DNA of 64,000 nucleotides from an uncultured Chloroflexia bacterium (GCA_963764975.1 CAVXUF010000002.1:1114331-1178330), one strand, 5' to 3'. Numbered from the stretch's first letter, positions 51,286 through 60,676 are shown. A program made the numbers and translations. Notes: a model not told the origin generated them from the sequence alone.

Positions 51286-51704
51286 CCCTTCCCGACCACG
51301 TTCGCGCGTTCCTGGGTGACACGAACCGATACGCCGTCATCGCGACCACCGACGACGACGGGAGCGCCCGTCAGGCGGTCATCTGGTACCGGCTCGACGG
51401 CGACGACCTCGTGATCAACAGCCTCGTCGGGCGCCGCTGGCCCACGAACCTGCTTCGCGACCCACGCATCTCCGTGGCGGTCAATGACCACACCGGCGGT
51501 GAGTTCTGGGTGGGGCTGACCGGTACGGTCACGCCGATCGAGGACCAGCCCACGGCACAGGCCGACATCGCCGAGATGGCCCGCCGCTACAACGCCGATG
51601 ACCCCGACGCCGGCGAGGCGGTGATCCGCGATCGCTTTCAGACCCAGGTCCGGATCTCGTTCCGCGTCACGATCGCGGCGATCCACGACCACCTGACGCT
51701 GTGA
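51282..51704 (+). CDS. PPOX-class (pyridoxamine-5'-phosphate-oxidase fold) probable F420-dependent enzyme
   Basis: 140 aa. AVIATTDDDGSARQAVIWY. Overlaps both neighbours by 4 nt. Confidence 0.75.
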   Translation: MTLPDHVRAFLGDTNRYAVIATTDDDGSARQAVIWYRLDGDDLVINSLVGRRWPTNLLRDPRISVAVNDHTGGEFWVGLTGTVTPIEDQPTAQADIAEMARRYNADDPDAGEAVIRDRFQTQVRISFRVTIAAIHDHLTL

Positions 51705-52624
51705 AGTTCGGCCTGCAGCTCTGGTCGCAGCAGACCGATTGGGCCGGATTCCGGGATGCGGCGCAACGGGCCGACGGCGCCGGCTGGGACTCGGTCTGGA
51801 CCTGGGATCACCTCATGGCCATCTTCGGGCCGTGGGAGCAGCCCATCTTCGAGGGCTGGAGCGTCCTGTCCGCGCTGGGGCCGATCACCACGCGGGTCCG
51901 CCTCGGGTTGATGGTCGGCGCGAATACGTTCCGCAACCCGGGGCACACCGCCAAGCTGGCCACGACGCTCGACCATGTCTCCGACGGGCGGGCGGTCCTG
52001 GGGATCGGCGGGGCCTGGTTCGATCGAGAGCACGAGGCCTTCGGGATCCCGTTCGGCGAAACGCCGGGCTGGCGGCTGGACCGGCTCGACGAGGCAGTCA
52101 TGCTGCTTCGCCGCCTGTTGGACGGGGAGCGATTCGACCACGACGGTCCGGCGTACCCGATGCGTGACGCCCTGAGCACGCCCAGTCCCATCCAGGGGCA
52201 CCTGCCGATCCTCATCGGCGGCTCGGGGCGCCGAAAGACGCTGCGCATCGTCGCCGAGCGGGCCGATGGCTGGAACACGTCGGGAGACCTCGACGTGGTG
52301 ACCGAGACGGTCGAGACGCTGCGCGAGCACGCTGACGCGGTCGGACGAGACCTCGCCACGCTCGAGATGACCGTCAGCTTCCCGATCGTCATCCGGGATC
52401 GCGTCGAGGATGCCGTGGCCGTCCAGGCGGCACTCCTGACGGCCAACGGGACGCCGGACATGGGTCACGGCCCCGTCCTGTCCGGACCGCCGGAGCACAT
52501 CGCCGACGCCATCCGGCCGTACCAGGCGCTGGGTTTCGAGACCGTCATCGTCCGGATGCCCGCCCCGTATGACCACGAGACGATCGATCGGATGTCCGAC
52601 GTCGAAGAGCGCCTCCGCTCGTGA
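51701..52624 (+). CDS. LLM-class F420-dependent oxidoreductase
   Basis: GWDSVWTWDHL, GRAVLGIGGAW and ILIGGSG. Confidence 0.85.
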   Translation: MKFGLQLWSQQTDWAGFRDAAQRADGAGWDSVWTWDHLMAIFGPWEQPIFEGWSVLSALGPITTRVRLGLMVGANTFRNPGHTAKLATTLDHVSDGRAVLGIGGAWFDREHEAFGIPFGETPGWRLDRLDEAVMLLRRLLDGERFDHDGPAYPMRDALSTPSPIQGHLPILIGGSGRRKTLRIVAERADGWNTSGDLDVVTETVETLREHADAVGRDLATLEMTVSFPIVIRDRVEDAVAVQAALLTANGTPDMGHGPVLSGPPEHIADAIRPYQALGFETVIVRMPAPYDHETIDRMSDVEERLRS

Positions 52625-53592
52625 CGGTCGTCGCCCTCGCCGGCGGCACCGGGGGCGCCAAGCTCGCGGCAGGGCTGCAGGCGGTCCTGCCACCGGGCAA
52701 CCTCACCGTGGTCGTCAATACGGGCGACGACACTGAACGGCACGGCCTGCTCGTGATGCCCGATCACGACGCGGTCCTGTACATGCTGACGGGCCGGTTC
52801 GACTTCGAGCGCGGCTGGGGCGTGACCGGTGAGACCTGGGCGGTGATGGACGCCCTGGCCAACTACGGCGAGCAGGATTGGTTCCGGCTCGGGGACCGCG
52901 ACATCGCCACCCTGATCGCTCGCGGGGCGCGCCTGCAGGCCGGGGCGTCCCTGACCGAGGCTGTCCGGGCCCTCCAGGTGGCCTCCGGCACGCCCACCGG
53001 AATCCTGCCGATGACCGACGATCGGGTCCGGACGCGGATCCGGATCGAGGAGGGCTGGCTGGACTTCCAGGAGTACTTCGTCCACCGCCGGCAAGGGCCT
53101 GACGTCCTCGAGGTCGCGTTCGATGGCCTGGCGGACGCTCGCCCCACCGCCGCGGTGCTCGCCGCGCTCGAGGCCGCCACGTCGATCGTGATCGGACCCT
53201 CGAACCCGATCGTGTCCGTCGGTCCGATCCTCGCCGTCCCGGGGATGCGTGACGCGCTCATGGCCGCGCGAGGGCGCGGGACCCCGATCGTGGCGGTCAG
53301 CCCGATCATCGGCGGTGTCGCGCTCAAGGGCCCGGCGGGCCGGATGCTGACCTCGCTCGGTCATGAATCGAGCGCACTGGGTGTCGCGCGCCTGTACACC
53401 GATCTGGTCGATGGATTCGTGCTCGACGTCGTGGACGCCGAGACCATCCCGGCGGTCGAGCAGCTCGGACCGCGGGTGCTCGCCACGGACACGATCATGG
53501 CCGACGCGGAGGGTCGCGCCCGGGTCGCGCGCGCGGTCGTCGACTTCGCCGCGACGCTTCGCAGTGGCGGGTCCGTATCATCGCGACCGTGA
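52621..53592 (+). CDS. cofD: 2-phospho-L-lactate transferase (F420 biosynthesis)
   Basis: VVALAGGTGGAKL, VVNTGDD, WFRLGDRD and GPSNPIVS. Confidence 0.9.
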   Translation: MTVVALAGGTGGAKLAAGLQAVLPPGNLTVVVNTGDDTERHGLLVMPDHDAVLYMLTGRFDFERGWGVTGETWAVMDALANYGEQDWFRLGDRDIATLIARGARLQAGASLTEAVRALQVASGTPTGILPMTDDRVRTRIRIEEGWLDFQEYFVHRRQGPDVLEVAFDGLADARPTAAVLAALEAATSIVIGPSNPIVSVGPILAVPGMRDALMAARGRGTPIVAVSPIIGGVALKGPAGRMLTSLGHESSALGVARLYTDLVDGFVLDVVDAETIPAVEQLGPRVLATDTIMADAEGRARVARAVVDFAATLRSGGSVSSRP

Positions 53593-54209
53593 ACAGGCTC
53601 GCGGCGATCATCCCGGTCGGCACGTTCGAGGGCGCGAAGACGCGACTCGGCGGATCGCTCGACGCGGAGGAGCGCCAGGATCTCGTCGACGGCCTGCTGG
53701 CACGGACCGTGCGCACGGCCCTGGACGTGACCCGATTCGACGACGTGCTCGTCATCACACCTGATCCTGCCGTCATCGAGCGGGCCGCCGGGCTCGGTGC
53801 TCGCACGCTGCGGCAACGCTCGGACGGGCTTCGACCCGGTCTCGAGGAAGCGCGCGAGGACGTCGTGGCGGGGGGAGCCGACGCGATCATCGTCCTGCCC
53901 ATCGATCTGCCGTACCTGACGGTCGCGGCCGTGGACGCGGTCATCGACGAGCTGGTCGCGACCGACGGACCGGCCGTCGTGCTCGTCGCCGACCGGCATG
54001 GCACCGGGACGAACACGCTCGCGCTCCGGCCGCCGTCGATCATCGAGTTCGCGTTCGGACCCGGGAGTCTGGCGGCCCACCGGCAGCTGGCGGCCGACAC
54101 GGGCGCCCGGTACGTGGAGATGGCGTCGCCCCTCGCGATGGACCTCGATACGCCGGAGGATCTCGTTCTCGTGGGGTCGGTCGACCCGGAGCGCCTCGGT
54201 GTCGGCTGA
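53589..54209 (+). CDS. cofC: Phospholactate / phosphoenolpyruvate guanylyltransferase (F420 biosynthesis)
   Basis: IIPV..FEGAKTRL, LPIDLPYL, ADRHGTGTN and DLDTPEDL. Confidence 0.85.
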   Translation: MNRLAAIIPVGTFEGAKTRLGGSLDAEERQDLVDGLLARTVRTALDVTRFDDVLVITPDPAVIERAAGLGARTLRQRSDGLRPGLEEAREDVVAGGADAIIVLPIDLPYLTVAAVDAVIDELVATDGPAVVLVADRHGTGTNTLALRPPSIIEFAFGPGSLAAHRQLAADTGARYVEMASPLAMDLDTPEDLVLVGSVDPERLGVG

Positions 54210-54977
54210 CGTACGGACGATCTCGGCGATCGCGCTCGAGGGGATCCCGGAGATCGGGCTCCGAGACGACCTCGCCACCCTGATCGGCGATGCCATCGAA
54301 CGGACTCCCGGGACGCTGCCGCTCCGCGACGACGACATCCTGGTGGTCACCCAGAAGGTGGTCTCGAAGGCCGAGGGCGCGATCATCGACCTCGACGGCG
54401 TCACGCCGAGCCCGGCCGCGCTCGAGTTCGGTCGGCGACGTTCGATCGCGACCCGCGCCAGGTGCAGGTCGTCCTCGACCAGGCGGTGCGCGTCGTGCGG
54501 ATGGAGCGCGGCGTGCTGATCACCGAGACGCCGCACGGGTTCATCTGCGCGAACGGTGGCGTGGACGCGTCGAACGTGGGGCCCGGTTCGGGTTCGATCG
54601 TCACGCTCCTCCCGCGCGATCCCGATCGGTCGGCGGCCGGGATCCGTTCGGCGATCCGGGCACGGTTCGGGGTGGATGTGCCGGTCATCGTGTCGGACTC
54701 GTTCGGTCGGCCGTGGCGCTGGGGCATCGTCGATGTCGCCATCGGGGTGAGCGGGCTGCTGCCCCTCGAGGACCTTCGTGGGACGCCGGACGCCGACGGA
54801 CGGGTGATGCGCAGCACGGTCCGGGCGGTCGCCGACGAGATCGCCTCCACCGCGGAACTGGTCCTGGGCAAGCTCGCCGCGCGGCCGGTCGCGATCGTCC
54901 GGGGTGCGACGTTCACGCGCGGTGAAGCCACCATCCGCGAGGCCCTGATCCCCGCCGAGAGCGATCTCTTTCCCTGA
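54199..54977 (+). pseudogene. cofE: F420-0:gamma-glutamyl ligase, stand-alone form (one frameshift near 54435 as sequenced)
   Basis: ILVVTQKVVSKAEG, GFICANGGVDASN, IVSDSFGRPWRWG and VADEIAS. About 259 aa with no nitroreductase-like extension. Confidence 0.8.
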
Positions 54978-55059
54978 CGGGACGTGCCGCTCGTCGGCTA
55001 TCGCGAGGTCCCGCGGTCCGTTGCGCGCGCAACCGAGTTTCGTCGTAGGCTCCGCCGAT

Positions 55060-55939
55060 ATGAAGCTCGGGATCCAGATCTCGTCGTTCAGCTGGCCGGG
55101 AGGCAGCGAGGCCATCGGCCCGACGCTCGCGCGGATCGTCCGCCAGGCCGACGACATCGGCCTCGATTCCATCTGGGTCATGGACCACTTCTTCCAGATC
55201 CGAAGCTCCGGGCGCCCCGAGGAGCCGATGCTCGAGGGCATGACGGCGCTCGGGTTCATGGCCGCCCACTCGTCCCGGGCGCGACTCGGTCTGATGGTCG
55301 GGGGCGATCCACTACCGCCAGCCCGGGCTGTGGATCAAGGCGACCACGACGCTCGACGTCCTGTCCGGCGGCCGAGCGTGGCTTGGCATCGGCGCGGCCT
55401 GGAACGAGGAGGAGTCGCGGGCGCTCGGGTTCCCGTTCCCCCCGCTCGGCGAACGGTTCGAGCGGCTCGAGGAGACGCTCCGGTTCGCGCACGGGATGTG
55501 GGAGGGCGAGCGCGGGAGCGAGGCGGCGCTCGAGGGCCGGCACGTCCGCGCGACGCGGCTGCTCAACTCGCCCCAGTCGTTGTCGCGGCCACGGGTCCCG
55601 ATCATGGTCGGCGGTGGCGGGGAGCGGAAGACGCTCCGGCTCGTGGCCCAGTACGCGGACGCGACGAACGTCTTCGGGGCACCGGAGGCGATCGCGCGCA
55701 AGTACGCGATCCTGGCACAGCACTGCGCGGACATCGGTCGCGACCCCGACGAGATCGAACGCTCGACCCTGCAGGGCATCAATCTCGCGAATGAGTCGAC
55801 GGCGCGGGTGGTGGATCGGTTCGGGGAGCTCGGTGATGCCGGCGCCCAGCACGTGATCTTCAGCCTGAAGCACGCCGACGATGCCGCCAATCTCGAGGCG
55901 ATCGGTCGGGACGTCGTCCCGGCACTGGCCAAGCTTTGA
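55060..55939 (+). pseudogene. LLM-class F420-dependent oxidoreductase (Rv1855c-like; one frameshift near 55305)
   Basis: MKLGIQISSFSWPGG, WVMDHFFQ, GRAWLGIGAAWNEEE and IMVGGGGERKTL. Confidence 0.8.
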
Positions 55940-55964
55940 ACCCCGGCCCGCGACCCCTCCCCTT

Positions 55965-55983
55965 GATACTCCCAGGGGGTATC
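55965..55983. promoter_or_regulatory. Inverted repeat GATACTCCC-A-GGGGGTATC upstream of a TAGGAT -10-like hexamer (55994-55999); the trxB ATG lies 6 nt after the hexamer
   Basis: Read directly. The spacing suggests a leaderless transcript. No binding factor is known. Confidence 0.35.
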
Positions 55984-56005
55984 AGAAACATGGTAGGATG
56001 CGACG

Positions 56006-57067
56006 ATGACTGACAAGGACCCATTCGGCGGCTTCTCGATCGCGATCATCGACGACGCGCCCGGGGCCGCCACGCCGACGACTGGTGGTCCGTCGACCGT
56101 CGCGAGTGGCGAGGGTCGGGTGGATGCCAAGGTCGTGATCGTCGGCTCCGGGCCGGCCGGACTGACCGCCGCGATCTATGCCGCCCGCGCGAACCTTGAG
56201 CCCGTGGTGCTCGCCGGATCGGCACCGGGCGGCCAACTGATGCTGACCAGCGACGTCGAGAACTACCCTGGGTTCGCGGACGGGATCCAGGGGCCGGACC
56301 TCATGGCGGCGATGCGGGCCCAGGCTGAACGATTCGGGACGACGCTGGTCGATGTCGATATCGATCGCGTGGACTTCTCCAGCCGCCCGTACCGCCTGTG
56401 GGCGCGCGGCACCGAGTACCGGGCGCAGTCGGTGATCGTCGCGACTGGCGCGTCGGCCCTGTGGCTGGGGCTCGAGTCCGAGACACGGCTGCGGGGGCGA
56501 GGGGTCTCCGCGTGCGCTACGTGCGACGGGTTCTTCTTCAAGGATCGCGAGATCGCGGTCGTCGGGGGCGGCGATACGGCGTTCGAGGAGGCCACGTATC
56601 TGACGCGCTTCGCCTCAAAGGTCCACCTGTATCACCGGCGCGACTCGTTCCGTGCGTCGAAGATCATGGTGGACCGCGCGAAGGACCATCCGAAGATCGA
56701 GATCCACACGAATACGGCGATCGAGGAGGTCCTCGGCAAGAGCAAGGTCGATGGGCTCCGCCTGCGAGATACGGTCTCCGGTGAGGAGCGGTCGGTGCCG
56801 ATCGAGGGCTTGTTCATCGCCATCGGCTACCGGCCGAACACGGACGCGTTCCGCGACTGGCTCGACGTGGATGCCGCCGGCTATCTCGTGGTCCACGACG
56901 AGACGGCGTCCAAACTGGATGGCGTCTTCATCGCGGGCGACGTCCACGACCATCGCTATCGTCAGGCCGTGACGGCGGCCGCGGACGGGTGCAAGGCAGC
57001 GATCGACGCCGAGCGCTGGCTGGAATCTCAGGGCATCACCGAGATCGCCACGGCCACGGCCTGGTAG
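56006..57067 (+). CDS. trxB: Thioredoxin-disulfide reductase
   Basis: IVGSGPAGLTAAIYAAR, redox-active CATCDG, VVGGGDTAFEEA and GVFIAGDV. An alternative GTG start lies at 56120. Confidence 0.92.
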   Translation: MTDKDPFGGFSIAIIDDAPGAATPTTGGPSTVASGEGRVDAKVVIVGSGPAGLTAAIYAARANLEPVVLAGSAPGGQLMLTSDVENYPGFADGIQGPDLMAAMRAQAERFGTTLVDVDIDRVDFSSRPYRLWARGTEYRAQSVIVATGASALWLGLESETRLRGRGVSACATCDGFFFKDREIAVVGGGDTAFEEATYLTRFASKVHLYHRRDSFRASKIMVDRAKDHPKIEIHTNTAIEEVLGKSKVDGLRLRDTVSGEERSVPIEGLFIAIGYRPNTDAFRDWLDVDAAGYLVVHDETASKLDGVFIAGDVHDHRYRQAVTAAADGCKAAIDAERWLESQGITEIATATAW

Positions 57068-57291
57068 GTCAGGACTGGTCGGAACCCGAGCGTTCGCGCC
57101 CGAGGTCATGCACCTTTGGCGGCGCCGACTACGACTCGCGCCCCGTATGCCCGTCGACCGCATCGGCGCCAGCGTCAGTTGCCGATCGACGGGGCAGCCT
57201 CCTCGTTGGCTCGAAGACAGCTTCGACGGCGGCGGGCGTGCGGCGGCGGGCGATGTCGCCCGATCTTCGCCGTCGATGGGCCGACGCTCAC

Positions 57292-57642
57292 TCACGGTTC
57301 GTCGAGCCCGCTGTCGTCAGATCCGAAGTCGATGCCGTCGGGGATCAGCGACACGAACCGGAGCGTCCCCTTGGCGACCCATTCGGGGATCGGATCGTCG
57401 TCCGAGAGGCCGCCCATAGCCCCGATGAGGGTCAGGAACTTCGAGTGCTTGATGCCCTTGAGTCGACCCGTCTCGAGCCGGCTGATGATGGTCTGATCGA
57501 CGCCGGTCTCTGCCTCGAGTCGCCGTTGCGGGATCCCGAGCTGCTGACGTCGTCGCCGAAACAGCCGGCCGATGCAGCGAGCACCAGCGACCGCGTGATC
57601 ACCGTCCTCGTCTTCGTCGATCGCGAATGTGCGCCAGGGCAT
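57292..57642 (-). CDS. XRE-family helix-turn-helix transcriptional regulator (116 aa)
   Basis: RRRRQQLGIPQRRLEAETGVDQTIISRLETG. Confidence 0.75.
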   Translation of the reverse strand: MPWRTFAIDEDEDGDHAVAGARCIGRLFRRRRQQLGIPQRRLEAETGVDQTIISRLETGRLKGIKHSKFLTLIGAMGGLSDDDPIPEWVAKGTLRFVSLIPDGIDFGSDDSGLDEP

Positions 57643-57720
57643 GACCCGACGGTAGCGAACGACGCTCACCCCGCCCTCATCAGCGACTTCTCGATGGATC
57701 ATCTGGCCGATCGGCCCTGC

Positions 57721-57848
57721 GGCGGCCGCGCATGCCGGGCCCGTATGCAGTCGACGGGCATACGCCGGTCGAACGCGGCGGCCCGGCGGCGGCGGCCGTC
57801 GCATGCCGAGCCCGTATGCAGTCGACGGGCATACGCCGGTCGAACGCG
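57721..57848 (+). repeat. Two 57-58-bp direct repeats (period 70 bp), each containing the quasi-palindrome CCCGTATGCAGTCGACGGGCATACG
   Basis: Read directly: 57721-57777 and 57791-57848 differ at 3 positions. A degenerate third palindrome lies at 57128-57160. Confidence 0.9.
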
Positions 57849-57966
57849 ACCCGGCGGGGGAAAAGGTGCATAGCGCCGTCGAGCGAAACGCCACCGACCA
57901 CACTCCCGGCGACCGCCTAAGCGACGGTCGTGGTAGCGTCGGCGCGATGACCCTCCGAGCACGAGC

Positions 57967-60081
57967 ATGAGCTTTCCGCGCGGCCGGACGCGGGCGGCGA
58001 CCGGTGGGGTCGCCGGTGGTCGCGGGACCCGGATGATGGGTGGCGGCGGGATGTTCGGCGGGGGCGGCCCGTCCACGGAGTTCACGCCCGTCCCGAAGGA
58101 ACGTCGAGGACAGACGATCGGCCGCATCGTCGTCTTCTTCCGACCGTATCGGACCCAGGTCGGCGTCGTCCTGGTGGCGATCCTCGCGACCAGCTTCATC
58201 GGGCTCGCCAACCCGTACCTGCTCAAGCTGCTGATCGACGACGCGATCCCGAACCGCGATTGGGGCCGGCTCAACCTATACGTGGGCCTGATGATCATCC
58301 TGCCGATCGTCACCGGGCTCATCGGCGTCGGCCAGGCGTACCTCAACAACGCGATCGGCCAGAGCGTCATGCAGGACCTGCGCGGCGCGCTCTACGCCCA
58401 TCTCCAGGGCATGCCGCTGCGATTCTTCACCGAAACGCGGACCGGCGAGATCCAGAGCCGCCTGGCGAACGATGTCGGCGGCGTCCAGTCCGTCGTAACG
58501 GACACCGCCAGCTCGGTGACCAGCAACGTCGCGATCGCCCTGAGCACGATCGTGGCGATGCTCCTCATCGACTGGCGACTCACGGCCCTCTCGCTCGGGA
58601 TGCTGCCGTTCTTCGCGTTGCTCACGTTCCGTGTCGGCAAGATCCGCCGCGAAGTCAGCGGGGAGACCCAGAAGTCCCTTGCCGAGATGTCCGCGATGAC
58701 CGAGGAGACGCTCAGCGTGAGCGGGATCCTGCTGTCCAAGACGTTCGGCCAGCAGGCCAACTCGATCTCCAGGTTCCGTGCCCTCAACGGACGGCTCGCC
58801 GCGCTCCAGATCCGACAGGCGATGGTCGGCCGCTGGTTCTTCATGATCATCGGCACGATCTTCAGTATCACGCCCGCATTCGTGTACTGGCTGGCGGGCT
58901 TCCTGGCGATCCAGGGTGACCCGACCGCCCCGACGGTCGGCAGCATCGTGGCCTTTACGACACTCCAGAGCCGGCTCTTCTTCCCGCTTGGGCAGCTGCT
59001 CAACGTCCAGGTCGAGATCCAGGGCGCGCTGGCGCTGTTCGACCGGATCTTCGAGTACCTCGAGATGGATCCGGAGATCGTGGACGCACCCGACGCCGTG
59101 TCGCTTGACCGCGCGGGCGTTCGCGGCGCCGTCCGGTTCGGCGACGTGGCGTTCCGCTATCCGACCGAGGCCGTGCCGTCCACCCGGGCCGCCGAGGCGC
59201 TGACGCGAAGCGGGCCGGGCGACGCGGGCGACGGGCTTGGCGACGCGGGCGACGGGCTTGGCGACACCGGCGTTGGGCTTGGCGACACCGAGGACGGGCT
59301 TGGCGACACCGAGGACGGGCTTGGCGACATCGGCGATGCCCCACTCCCCACCATCGAATTGCTGCCGACGTTCGCCCTCGACCACGTCTCGTTCGAGGCG
59401 CAGCCCGGCGAACTGGTCGCGCTGGTCGGCCCGTCAGGGAGTGGCAAGACGACGACCACGTACCTGATCCCGCGGCTGTACGACGTCGATACCGGGGCCG
59501 TGGAGATCGACGGGGTCGACGTCCGGCGGATCAAGCTCGAGTCACTCGGCGACATCATCGGTGTGGTGACCCAGGAGACATATCTCTTCCATGACTCGGT
59601 CCGGGCCAACCTGGTCTATGCGCGACCGGACGCGACGGAGGACGACCTTCGCCGCGCGGCGACGGCCGCGGCCATCCACGATCGGATCATGGAGCTGCCC
59701 GATGGCTACGAGACGATCGTCGGGGAGCGCGGGTACAAGCTCTCGGGCGGCGAGAAGCAGCGGATCGCGATCGCCCGCGTGCTGCTCAAGGACCCGCGCA
59801 TCCTGATCCTCGATGAGGCCACATCGGCCCTCGATACGGTCTCCGAGCGGCTCATCCAGGGCGCGTTCGAGCGGCTCATGGAAGGACGCACCACGATCGC
59901 GATCGCCCATCGCCTCTCGACGATCCTGCGGGCCGACCGCATCCTGGTCTACGACCGGGGCAGCATCGTGGAGCGTGGCACCCACGGCGAACTCCTGGCC
60001 CTGGACGGTCTGTACGCGAGGCTCTACCGCGAGCAGTTCCTGTCCGACCGCCCAACCGTCCCCGAGGAGCTGCCGGCGTGA
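57967..60081 (+). CDS. ABC exporter, fused permease/ATPase (MsbA-like), with a repeat insertion in the NBD
   Basis: Six TM helices, Walker A GPSGSGKTT, LSGGEKQRIAIARV, ILILDEATSALD and IAHRL. Confidence 0.9.
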   Translation: MSFPRGRTRAATGGVAGGRGTRMMGGGGMFGGGGPSTEFTPVPKERRGQTIGRIVVFFRPYRTQVGVVLVAILATSFIGLANPYLLKLLIDDAIPNRDWGRLNLYVGLMIILPIVTGLIGVGQAYLNNAIGQSVMQDLRGALYAHLQGMPLRFFTETRTGEIQSRLANDVGGVQSVVTDTASSVTSNVAIALSTIVAMLLIDWRLTALSLGMLPFFALLTFRVGKIRREVSGETQKSLAEMSAMTEETLSVSGILLSKTFGQQANSISRFRALNGRLAALQIRQAMVGRWFFMIIGTIFSITPAFVYWLAGFLAIQGDPTAPTVGSIVAFTTLQSRLFFPLGQLLNVQVEIQGALALFDRIFEYLEMDPEIVDAPDAVSLDRAGVRGAVRFGDVAFRYPTEAVPSTRAAEALTRSGPGDAGDGLGDAGDGLGDTGVGLGDTEDGLGDTEDGLGDIGDAPLPTIELLPTFALDHVSFEAQPGELVALVGPSGSGKTTTTYLIPRLYDVDTGAVEIDGVDVRRIKLESLGDIIGVVTQETYLFHDSVRANLVYARPDATEDDLRRAATAAAIHDRIMELPDGYETIVGERGYKLSGGEKQRIAIARVLLKDPRILILDEATSALDTVSERLIQGAFERLMEGRTTIAIAHRLSTILRADRILVYDRGSIVERGTHGELLALDGLYARLYREQFLSDRPTVPEELPA
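59218..59340 (+). repeat. In-frame 21-bp tandem repeat, about 5.8 units, encoding GD(A/T)(G/E)DGL heptads
   Basis: Read directly: GGCGACGCGGGCGACGGGCTT x2, one GGCGACACCGGCGTTGGGCTT, GGCGACACCGAGGACGGGCTT x2 and a partial unit. Confidence 0.9.
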
Positions 60082-60572
60082 CGAGCGAGCGCCGCGTCAC
60101 CTTCGTTCACGAGGGTGGGTCGCGGTTCAGCGGCCAGTCGGACACGGGGCGCTCGATGGTCTTCGGTGACCAGCCCGAGGCCAACGAGTACTCCCCCGTC
60201 GAGATGCTCGTCGCCGCGCTCGCCTCCTGCTCGGCGATGGACGTGATCTCCATCGCGACAAAGAAGCGCCAGGCGATCGAGCGCTACGAGGTCCATGGGG
60301 TCGCCGACCAGCGCGAGGCGTACCCGCAGATCCTGACCGAGGCGACGGTGACCCACGAGGTCTGGGGCCGCGACATCGCCGAGGCGGCGATCCGGCGCAG
60401 CATCGAGCTGTCCGCGACGAAGTACTGCCCGGTCAATGCGACGATCTCGGCCGGCGCGACGACGGTCCACCATCGATACGTCATCCACTCCACGGGCGAC
60501 CGTCCATACGAGGCCGATGGCGAGGTGATCGCGACCGGGCCCTTCCGCCGCCCCGAAATCTCGGGCGACTGA
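60078..60572 (+). CDS. OsmC-family peroxiredoxin-like protein
   Basis: SPVEMLVAALASCSAMDV and LSATKYCPV (the two conserved Cys). GTGA overlap with the exporter. Confidence 0.85.
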   Translation: MTSERRVTFVHEGGSRFSGQSDTGRSMVFGDQPEANEYSPVEMLVAALASCSAMDVISIATKKRQAIERYEVHGVADQREAYPQILTEATVTHEVWGRDIAEAAIRRSIELSATKYCPVNATISAGATTVHHRYVIHSTGDRPYEADGEVIATGPFRRPEISGD

Positions 60573-60676
60573 CCCAGTTCTGACCGACTCGACCCGTCGC
60601 TATCGGCGCAAATCCCAGTAACTCGGTCGGATATGTATGGTATGGTCGCGGCTCCACCTTCATCAGGAGCCGATCG

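Noticed and set aside
57128-57848. A miniature mobile element: XRE gene flanked by inverted copies of a terminal repeat.
   Set aside because: The motif is itself a palindrome, so its apparent inversion carries no information. There is no transposase, no target-site duplication could be identified, and the downstream copy is degenerate.
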